Shown here: positions 15,101-26,921 of the stretch, one piece after another | Position numbering within the stretch: the first letter of the stretch is position 1 | How the letters are laid out: each line of letters begins with the position of its first letter | Assembly (NCBI GenBank): GCA_033442325.1 | Contig: JAWQFM010000013.1 | Location: 272,069 to 336,068 of the forward strand | Source: Salpingoeca rosetta | Taxonomy: Eukaryota > Protista > Choanoflagellata | Direction of reading: 5' to 3' | DNA: 64,000 nt | The notes under the pieces: model-generated | Database searches by the model: none | What the model saw: the letters and a program-made list of their open reading frames with translations, nothing else | What the model was told of the DNA's origin: nothing | Translations under genes and position numbers: made by a program

Positions 15101-16869
15101 GCAAGCGCTACATTGTCGGCTACGTGCAGCTCGACTGGGTGGTGACGGTGGCGGAGGACAGTCCCAGCGCCCCAAATCCAGACGAGCTGGTGGTGGTCAT
15201 CTCCCTCAACGGCGGCGCTGCTGTCGTCAGCAGCTTCTTGCAGAGCTCCCTTCCACTCTTCTACCTGCCGGTTGGCGCGCACACGATTGACATTGCGGTT
15301 GCGCCTGCATCTGCAGCGACCCCTGCATACTTTTTTCCTTCGGCCGAAGCCACTGCTGTTGGCACGGCACGCGCCGCAGACGTGTCATCTGCAGCAGGAG
15401 GAGCAGGGGCAGCTGGCTTGTCATCGTCATCAGCATCATCAGCGGATGCTGTGGGTGCCGACCTGGGCACGGTGGACGGCATCCCTCTGCCGTCGCTGCA
15501 CATTGAGTTTGATGTTGCACTTGGGCCGTACGTGGCAGACGACACGTTTGTAGTTGAGCGGCGGGCAAGCGCGCTACTGCGCGTTCTTGACAACGACATT
15601 GCGCTGTACGGCCAGCCTCCGCTTGACGTGAGCAGCATCAGCATTGTGGACAGCCCAAACCTGGGCACCCTGCAGTTGACGGAGAGCGGTGAGCTTGTTT
15701 ACAACAACCTGCGTGGCAGTGATGGCGACGTGGACACGTTTTCGTACACGGTGCGGGATGAAGCGAGCCGGCGGTCAAACCAGGCTGCAGTCACATTGAT
15801 GTTGTCGGGGGATGCACCACCCACCATGTCCACATCATGGTCAAGCACCTCCACATCCTCCACCACATCCTCCACCACAACAACTACAACTACAACTACA
15901 ACTACAACTACAACTACAACTACAACTACAACTACAACCACGACCACAACTACAACTACAACCATGACCACAACTACAACTACAACCACGACCACAACTA
16001 CAACTACAACTACAACTACAACTACAACTACAACCATCACGACGACGGCGACGACCACAACCACAATCAGAGCGCCCAAGACCTCTCTGCAGTCAATGAT
16101 TGCCCAGCTGCTTGCCAGTGTGTCGCCACGCAACGTTGGCGGATGCGTGCTGGTGATGCAGGCCACCCCCTCCAGCGTGATTGCAGCGCCGGACAAGACC
16201 GTGTACGGCTGGCTCGACGCATCTGCGGGCGGATACGTGGCCACGGCGCGAACACCAGACGTTCGCTTCGAACACGACGCCAGCGTCCCACACCTGTCGT
16301 TCTCCGGGTCTGGCGGGCTGCAGGTTGCTGGGCCGTTGCGGGGCCTCCCGCTTGATAACAGACCGCGCACGCTGATGGCCGTGGTGCGATACTGGTCACC
16401 AGCAAAAGGCGCTGTTGTGTACGGCAAGCGCAAGTGCGGGGCGACGTTTGGGCTTGGCGCGGCAGCGGCCGTGGCCCGAGCAGGGCGGTGGCAGACTAGC
16501 ACGCTGAGGACGGTGGGGGCGCTGGTGCCGTCCGTGCGTACGCGGTGCAACGACATGGTGTCGGGAGCGGCGTTTGGCATGGGCGAGTGGGTGGTGCAGT
16601 CGGCGATGGTGGTTGGGCCGACGGTGTTCCAGACGCTTGGGCACGACGTTGTCGGTGTCGGACTGAACACGTTGAAGACGGGCGATGGGTCGCTGTTCAT
16701 TGGGCAGGATAGCGTGAGTCAGCAACACCCGGTGGTGGACATTGCGGCGGTGGTGCTGTTTGACCGGGCGCTGAACGTGGACGAGTATTCGTTTATGGTG
16801 GAGTACCTGCGGTGGAAGTATCTCAATCAGGAGCCAGACGCAGACAAGGTGCTGTCATATCTGACATGA
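12106..16869 (+). CDS. Intronless secreted mosaic protein (~1587 aa): GSDH/PQQ-dependent sugar dehydrogenase-like beta-propeller + PKD/Ig domains + LamG/ConA-like + Big_9/cadherin-like Ig + Thr-rich linker + second LamG-like domain
   Basis: Single ORF. Signal peptide MLQPSVLALVVLMLGMAAAIIPGAHA at 12106. GSDH motifs ERGSLDIEIDPAF, HYGGALLFGPD..LYLTSGD, FAYGLRN, GEVG, GANMGWP, YRGDEFP..F..NIFFADY, GPDDMLW. PKD motif YRWSFNDG..VTHLF..G.F.V.L.VTD. LamG-like GLVMHL..WTDQ..FDG.D..LLYDRALT. ADDTF..VLDND..DTFSYTVRD Ig. Poly-Thr. No TM at the C-terminus. Confidence 0.9.
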   Translation: MLQPSVLALVVLMLGMAAAIIPGAHAKRELLLHERFDMETRFSITPPTVFMSIKFFPDDSGRFLVLDKRGTVYIGHEDDRPLQLEPYLNLDNVDFGDERGSLDIEIDPAFSTLSKQFVYVYYSPIDPEQFRVSRFVHVEGPGHLSSKADPHSETVIWRDALGYPGKFHYGGALLFGPDQQYLYLTSGDKTKADWAQDIWRTTGCVFRFDRDGNPHPNNFGLTFDGKGGVEDTMFAYGLRNGFRATWDIPDPVAAAPPPASPTNPNANATTTAAAAAATTAGSSSNSNNNNTTNTNNSSDNNNNSSDSKSASDNTGSQQLPYAPRLLVGEVGGNNQPLSWEDIHVVENGANMGWPLCEGACDNPDFSMSCTCRKHANPLFSYPHAGTNAAVVLGPVYRGDEFPQQFRNNIFFADYAREEMWRLQLNPSTGAVEEVALFAKDVGEITHITQGPDDMLWLTTSRGQIKRLTYDEGHLRPEIVTAQASVVTGMAPMQVDFTAYAVHQQANMTLSYRWSFNDGTADEFAANVTHLFRREGEFHVQLRVTDSEYRTTALAKAITIAVGQAPTARIVSPVNGSTFVALDIIRVVGVGTDDNALTEDNFSWNVRFLHDDHFHPVESGIKGRAFSFQVADTGHTYEGRTGLELELTVTDNAGLSSTTSVAIFPKKVDVMFDTSPEGAALYVDGLPRVTPFVLDTLVGFQHPVRAPDMSCVEDTMNKFDTWDHTPVRDWLLVVGEDEAGHSFQAHFEPAPCEGSTGIPVRDGLVMHLASDAGVYTQPDTARLRLWTDQVGDNNLNRIQGTPVLVRDGGPNDSPYVLFDGDGDALYRDGFVGLPLNTRDRTLVTVVRYESPGYGGVVYGSPDCNGAFGAGVSPHTPGRLSMRGYCGRATIDANRVAQDEGWLIHTVVLDSNHVWMYANGEAVTNKAMVMRTRGSEDDSRFVVGADIDLSSHVRMGVAHVLLYDRALTEAELQDVHAYLVKEYLSGLDDLVRLSVPIPQHGKRYIVGYVQLDWVVTVAEDSPSAPNPDELVVVISLNGGAAVVSSFLQSSLPLFYLPVGAHTIDIAVAPASAATPAYFFPSAEATAVGTARAADVSSAAGGAGAAGLSSSSASSADAVGADLGTVDGIPLPSLHIEFDVALGPYVADDTFVVERRASALLRVLDNDIALYGQPPLDVSSISIVDSPNLGTLQLTESGELVYNNLRGSDGDVDTFSYTVRDEASRRSNQAAVTLMLSGDAPPTMSTSWSSTSTSSTTSSTTTTTTTTTTTTTTTTTTTTTTTTTTTTTTMTTTTTTTTTTTTTTTTTTTTTTTITTTATTTTTIRAPKTSLQSMIAQLLASVSPRNVGGCVLVMQATPSSVIAAPDKTVYGWLDASAGGYVATARTPDVRFEHDASVPHLSFSGSGGLQVAGPLRGLPLDNRPRTLMAVVRYWSPAKGAVVYGKRKCGATFGLGAAAAVARAGRWQTSTLRTVGALVPSVRTRCNDMVSGAAFGMGEWVVQSAMVVGPTVFQTLGHDVVGVGLNTLKTGDGSLFIGQDSVSQQHPVVDIAAVVLFDRALNVDEYSFMVEYLRWKYLNQEPDADKVLSYLT
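15879..16066 (+). repeat. Coding (ACAACT)n-type repeat encoding a ~65-residue poly-Thr mucin-like stalk
   Basis: ACAACT hexamer array with ACC/ACG variants, in frame with the 12106 ORF. Confidence 0.9.
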
Positions 16870-17715
16870 GAGTGGCCATAATGATGTGCGAAAGTGAGAG
16901 AAATACGCGTGTGTGTGTGTGTGTGTGCGTGTGTGAGAGGAGTAGAGGAAGATTGAAAGGATGAGAGGCAGTGAGGGGAGGGGAAGAAGCAGGGTGAAGG
17001 AGGGTGGGGTTTGCGCCTGCATTCTGCATGTTGGCAATAGCGTGCGCGCGAGCGTGCGCGCGAGCGTGCGCGTGGAGCCAGACAGATACTCAGATAGGCA
17101 AGAGTGGTGGTGGTGCTGTGCATCCGTTTTGGTAGTTAGCTCTGCATGCACAACACGGCTCAAGGGTTCAATAAGCTATGAATGAGGGGGAGGGGAGGAG
17201 GGAAAGGGAGCATCGTGTCTGCTTTATTGATGTTATGTTATGTTACGGTAGAATTCATGATGCTTGCGCCTCTCGCTCTCTCTCTCTCTCTTGTGTGTCA
17301 ATAAGTACGACTCCCAGTTACGGGGTTACGGATAGGTTTTGTATGTATTGTGTAGGCAAACTGCACAGGTGCTCGGGTGTATTGCACTGAAACAAGCTTG
17401 CAAACACCACACCAATCAATATACGAAGCTGAGGAGCTGTCCAACGAAGACAATACAAGAAAAGAAGAAAGAACTACACACATGGTGGGGGGGGGGAGGA
17501 GGGAGTTCGTGTGGTGGCTGATGGTCGTGATCAATGACACCGACGTGCAGCCATATGATGGCGCGGAATCGCACGAGGCCACCATCGCTCACACCAAACA
17601 TTACAGACATCTCTTCTCGTCAACGTCAATGTGCACACGCAGATACCAAGCGTATGCACACAGAAAAAGGACGCACACACACACACACGCAGACAGACAG
17701 ACAGACAGACAGACA

Positions 17716-17751
<36 letters not shown>

Positions 17752-17767
17752 GGCGTATCGGGGAGAT

Positions 17768-20422
<2,655 letters not shown>

Positions 20423-20846
20423 GCTTTCCTTTCTCCGCTCTGCAACGTGCTCTGCTTTTCTCTGGTCTCCTCCAGCAAAACTGAATTAAGTTTTAACGAC
20501 AAATAGCTACATCTTTTGGTGAACTCGAACTCTCTTGCGACACGACACACGGAAACCACATGTCATGAGTCATCACCATGCCGTCATCTCGCGCACCAAT
20601 CACGCGACTTTCAGCGAAATTCCTTCCCTCTTGTTTCTTCTTGTGTCTTGCGTGGCGGTCGCTCTGCTCTTGCTTCTGATTTCCCTCTCTCTTTGAATGA
20701 AGAACAACACGAACCTGTTTCTGTTCTCCACCCCCTTGTTCCTTCCCCCATACCTGCTGTTGTTGTTACAATTACGATCACGCTTCCCTTGTCTCCGTGC
20801 TTGCTTCAGCCTCAGCCTCAGCTGATTGTTTTGACAAACACCGGCC
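20423..20846. promoter_or_regulatory. Short divergent intergenic region; probable bidirectional promoter of EFG1 and NDFIP
   Basis: Two head-to-head start codons ~425 bp apart; region lacks long CA/GT tracts. Promoter function is inferred. Confidence 0.5.
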
Positions 20847-21077
20847 ATGCCACAAGGACCGCGCTACCACCAGGTACGAACGGACAAGTGCGAGCGAGCG
20901 TGGTGGTGGTGGGAGGGGGGGGGGCGGTTCTGTGTGCACAATATTGGTGGCGGGGAACGTGTGTGAACAAAGGACCCTTGTCGTCCCTTGTCGTCGTTGT
21001 TTGCTGTTTGTTGTTGTCACCATCAAATCATACTACGGCGCATCTCCTTTCCTTCTCTGCCTTCATCATCTGATTTA

Positions 21078-21115
<38 letters not shown>

Positions 21116-22662
21116 ACAAAACTGTTGTTAGGTCCCCTCGAGTGAGGCAGACGCATCACACGAGCGCACACAGGAAGTTCCACTCGTTGCAGACGACGAG
21201 CCCCTGCCCTCCTACGAAGCAGCAGCAGGCCAGACCACAAACACATCCTCCTCGGCGCCTACCGCCGTGTTTGTGTTGCCGTCATACGAAGAAGTGCAGG
21301 AGATGAAGCGCCAAGCGGTACGTTCGCACATGTGCACATGCATGTGTGCATTAGGGAGGGGAGAGCTCTGCTGCGGCTGCTATTTGTTGTGCTGTGCTGT
21401 GCTGCGGCTGCTACTTACATGCTTTCGCCTGTCAACATTTGTATGCTTCATCACACCACCTCATACTCGCTCGGGCTTTGCCACTTCCTTCCAAATCTTG
21501 GCAGAACGAGGAACGGAGCACCTCCACTGCGCCAGCACAGGCCGTGGTTGAAGCCGGTATGCGCCCGTTCGTGACTGTGTTTGCGCGTCTTGTGTGTGTC
21601 TGTGCGCGTGTCTGTCTGTGTCTGTCTGTGGTGTGTTTTTGTGCACATTGGCCCTTCCTTCCTTCCCCCCCCCAAATCCTCACATCCTCACATCCACCTT
21701 GCTCATTCCCACCCCCCTTCACGCCCTCCTCATTGCATACTTTTTTTTTTTTGGGTTGCAGACCACTACCTCGGCACAGACGCGTCCTTCATCCTCTCCT
21801 TCCTTGGTGCGTTGTTGGCGCGAAACTGACGTGTGTCTGCTGCTTCCCATGTCTTACTCGCTCGCTGGCTGAATCCACGTTTCCTTGCTTCGTTTCATCA
21901 CACGTGCACCCTTTGTCTGACCTTGCTGCGCGCACTCTCTCACCAATTCCCTTCAAACTTCCTGCCCACTCGCACACCCCCACCACCCACCACCGAGCAG
22001 TTGCGTTCCTGTTGAACGGGATTGGCTTCTTGTGTGCGTTTCTCATGTCGAGCACAATTGCTGGGCGGTACGGTGCCACGTCCGGCTTTGGGCTTGCCCT
22101 CGTCAAGGTCTCGGTCATCTTCTACCACGTGTACGTTGCGTCTGTTGGCGGTGACACGGACGACGACAATGACTCCATGTTCCTGTTTGGCATCTACCGC
22201 CCACCCTCGACAGCGAGCCCCGCGCCAAACGCCACCGCCATCAGCAGCGACGGCAGCGTGACAGCCGTGTTCTACGATGACCCCGCATACAACGACGGCC
22301 ACTCGCCGCGCGCACACATGTGGATCAGCTGCCTCTTCTTCTTCTTTGGTGCGTGTTGTTTGGTGTGTGTGTGTGTGTGTGCGTGTTGTTTGGTGTGTGT
22401 GTGTGTGTGTTCCCTGTGTTTGTGAGGTGCTTTGGTTGTATTGCCTCGCACACGCACGTACAACACACACCCACACACACACACACACACACAGACCACA
22501 CACACACACACACGCACACAACCATAGCTGTAACACATCCTCATGTCCCCGCCCCATCCCACTCACTCACATCATATTGCAGGCGTGATGCTCTTTTTCC
22601 ACGGCATCATCGGATATGTGCGCGCAAAGGCCGCCGTGCGCCGGGCCCGCGCCGCCCTCTAA
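20847..22662 (+). CDS. NDFIP: NEDD4 family-interacting protein (NDFIP1/2, yeast Bsd2-like), multi-exon
   Basis: MPQGPRYHQ|..LPSYEAA..LPSYEEVQ (PY motifs)..LGTDASFILSFL|VAFLLNGIGFLCAFLMSSTIAGRYGATSGFGLALVK..WISCLFFFF|GVMLFFHGIIGYVRAK: conserved 3-TM NDFIP core (AGRYGA.SGFGL). Confidence 0.93.
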
Positions 22663-23595
22663 CCGCCGCCGCCTCCCCCCCCCCCCACCGCTGACTGCAA
22701 TTGCAATTCACTCCATGGCGATACCATGGTGACGCAGCACCTCTTCCATCCTCGTGATCCTGTGTACAACAAGCAACAAACATCCAAACATGAACCATGC
22801 ACCAAACAATCATGATGCGCAAAAACAACTTCCGTCCTCATGTCTGTGCCCGTCTTGTGGCCTGCTTTTTGTTTGTTTGTTTGTTTGTTTGTTTGTTTGT
22901 TTGTTTGTTTTTGTTGACTTGACGCATTATCAGCAACCTCAATGCACGTTACGTGATGGTCCTAACTGTCTTTGTGTGTGCTGTGCGTGATTTGATACGC
23001 GCGTGCCTTTCTTTGCTTGTCCTGCCTTTCCTTTGCCTTTTCTCTCTTCATTTTTCTTTTCTTTCTGCGTTGTGTTTCCTTGTTGTTGGTTTGGATAAAC
23101 CCAGCACAACGAACCCACCAGCGACAGCGAGAGCCAAGTGCTGTGTTGTATCGTGTCGTGGGTGAAACGGAGCGAAGGGTCGAGCGATCGAGCAAGCAAG
23201 CAAGCAGGGCAAGTTGTCGACAACACTCAGACACACATGCGCATGCACACACACGGGCAACCACCACTGTCGATTATTGGTGGATGTTGTTCATCAATCA
23301 TCAAACTGCAACGGCGGAGACACGAGAGACACTGAACGAACGTTGCTCGTCCTTCGCCCGCCACCTGCCCAGCTGCCTTCCCCTATCGCTCCCCTTCCTT
23401 CCTTCCTTCCTTCCTCCCTTCTTTCCTTCTTTCCTTCCTGCTTCACTCGCGAGTGTGTCGCAACTGCGTGGTTTTGTTTGACAACCACAACACACACACA
23501 CACACACCACAAGGCAAGGGTAACCAACCAAAGCGACTTCCACCCTCCAAGTGCCCGCCAATTGCCTTTCACTCGTGCACCCGCATACCAGTCAG

Positions 23596-26367
23596 ATGCG
23601 TTTCGCGCCACTGGCAGCCGTCGTGCTGGTGGCACTGCTGGCTGCGGTCACCACGAGCGTTGCCGCTTTGCACCAGTACCGCCTGTCAGACCCACGCCTC
23701 CTCCTTCCTTACCCCACCAAGTCCGCCGTCGTCCAGCACAACATCTCCGCCACAGGCGGCTGCTTCGTCTGGAGCACCACCAGGCCTCACGTCATCTCCG
23801 TGACCACGCCATCCCAGAGTGCGTGCGCGCGCGTGTGTGCGTGTATGTGTGTATGTGTGTGTGTGCATGTATGTGTGTATATGTGTATATGCGTGTGCTT
23901 CTTGTATCGCAGTGGCCGACGTGCAGCAGCCACTCTGATCTGTCTACCATCACGCAGCCAGTCGTGTCGTCACTCTCTGTGCCACGCACACGTGAATACT
24001 ACGACTATCTGTCTCGACGACTGTCTGTCTCTCTTTCCACCCAACGCATTCTCCTACATTCACACCCAACGCATTCTCCTACATTCACACCCAACGCATT
24101 CTCCTACATTCACACCCAACAATGCTCACGCATACACGTTCCCACACACTTGTAGAATGTAGCACGTGGGCCACTGTGGAGGTGATTGCTCGGCCTGGGC
24201 CTCGCATGTCGGCCGATATCATTGCCCGCGAAGTCTGTAAGTGCACCATTCGAGGAGCGTGTAAGAGGTCTCGCGCGCGTGATATGGGTTCGAGGTCGAG
24301 TCTCAAGCACACAGCACCAACCTCTCTACCTTCTCTGCAAGACTGGCAACACCTTCTGACGCCAGTGCTGTGTCTGTCTTGCTATCTTGCTCATACTCAT
24401 GCTCATGCTCATGTGCTGTAGCCTCGGATCAGAAGCTGTTTTGTGAAGTGACCGTGGCCCAGTTGCACGATGTGCTGCTGGAGACAACGGACCACACCAT
24501 GTATCTTGGTGACCCACCACTCAAGATCACCGTCTCTGCACAGGACAGCGAAGGTTCGCGCGTGTATGTGTGTGTGTGTGTGGTGTGTGCGCATGTGTGT
24601 GTGTGTGTGTGTGGCGTTGTCGGGTGTACATTGTGCATTTCACTTGTGGTTCCCAACTGAGCTCATTGTATCTTGCTTCGCTGTACTGCTTGTTGACTGC
24701 AGAGAACACGTTCTCGGCGCTGTCGTCGCTGCCATTCACGTGGAAGATTCTCGATGCCACGTGCAAGCCGAGCTCGTCTGCATCCTCCAGGCTGCGGTTT
24801 GTCACCTTCAACGAAGTCAAGTACGACGCCCGGCCAGAGATCACCGCCCTCGAGTCGCAGGTCGCTCATGTCGCATTCATTGTCTTGGTCCACAAAGTGA
24901 TGGTTGTGGTGGTTGTGGTGGTGGTGGTCGCAGTGGTCGCAGTGGTTGTGTACAGCTTGTTGGTGCTTGTAAACACGTGCTATTCGTGCATGTGGTGATG
25001 GTGTCTGCCGTGCACGGCTGGCTTGCTCACGCGACCACGCCTTTTTTTCTGTGTTTGCTGCTCCATGCAGGGTCTTCGCGGGTATGAAGTGCTGGTGCAG
25101 CCCTCCCACTCCGGTCGCGTCTGTGTCCTCGTCTCCTTCCAGAGCAACGTGTGTTCGCGCGGCCATACATGGCAGGCATAAGGCTTGGGTGGGGAGTGGA
25201 TCAGGGGTGACGTGTCTTGTTTATATTTTGTGTGTCTTGCTGCTGCACGTTTGACCTAATACCTTCACACCTTCACACTCACCCACACTCACTCACATAC
25301 ATGCACACATACACACACACACACTCACATACATACATACACACACACTCACACACTCACTCACATACATACACACAATCACACACACACACTCACTCAC
25401 TCACCTACTCACTGACACAGGATTATATTGTTGAGGCGAAAGCGATTGTGGCGATTGTGGAGCGCATCAACATAAACCCGCCCGACATGTATACGGTGGC
25501 TGGCGAGACGTCGTCGTTTGCCATCACAACGCAGCAGGGTCAGCACATCAGCCTCAAGTCTGGCAAATACTCGCTCCAGTCCGAAAACACCTCGGTACGC
25601 ATGATGCTGCTGCTCTGTGTGTGTGTGCGTGTGTGCGTGATCAACCGTACACACGCGTGTCTGTGTTTTGTTGTGTTGCAACTGCACCTATGTGCGTTGC
25701 TACTCTTCACACATACCTCACTCACACACACGCACACCTCACACACACCTCACACACTCTCTCTCACACGCATACACATCACTGCGGTGCGCACGACAGG
25801 TTGCAGAGGTTGTTCCCGGCACGTCGCGGGTCAAGTCCCTGGCGCACGGCGTCGCCAAGCTGTACATCCGTGATAAGGGTACGCGCACACGAGGCATCCA
25901 CGCACACGCAATCATTGGCCTGTTGGGTTTGCTTTTGGTTGTTGGTTCGTCGTGTGCACGCGTTGCTCTGCAATCACATTCACCACTCCTCACACCATTT
26001 TTGCACGAACTCATCCAAACACGCACGCTCATGCATATGTTTGCAATGCACGCGCATGTGCAGACGGGCTGATGGATGCGTCGACGGGTGCGAATGCGTT
26101 TGTGCATGTTGTTGAGCCGACGAAACTGCGCATCTCCATCCGCTCGTGCAACGATGACCTTCTGGAGACGCCGTGCGTGCTGCTGGTCAACACGGACTAC
26201 ACAACCACGCTCATCCTCACCGATGACTCAAACAACCACATCCACACGGACGAGGTGTGCTTGCTCGATATGGTGTGCCTTGTGGTATTGCCGTTCTCCT
26301 TTCGTTCTCCATTGCTTTTCAACAGACTCATTATTGTGTTGCTTGTTTGTGCACGTCTGTCTGTCTG

Positions 26368-26409
<42 letters not shown>

Positions 26410-26887
26410 TCTCTCTCCCCCTCTTTCTCTTGCGTTCTCCGCTCACATATCACCATCCTTACCCCCCTCACTGCCACCGCCACCACCACCACCACCACCA
26501 ATACCACCACCACCAATACCACCACCACGTGTACAGCTTGTGTTTTCGCTGTCGTCCAATGCCCCTGCCGTGGCGCTCAAGGACTCAACGACCAACAACA
26601 CGTGGCACCGCGCCCACACTGCTGTCGTCGGCACCGCGGACCTCTCTGCCGCATATTTTGGGCCGGACACCACCGCCGGCGCTGCCAGTGGCACACCTGT
26701 CCTCACTGCACAGCGCGTTGTGCGGGTTGTTGATCCGATTGTTGTGACGCCCGATCGCGTGGTTATCCCGTGGAGTGACGAGTCAAGCAACCCTGTCTCC
26801 ATCCAACTCAAGGTACACGAGGGCGCTTGTGTTATGCATCATCTCGTGTGGGTGGATGTGTGCTTTGTGCGTGCGTGCTTATGCTTG

Positions 26888-26921
<34 letters not shown>

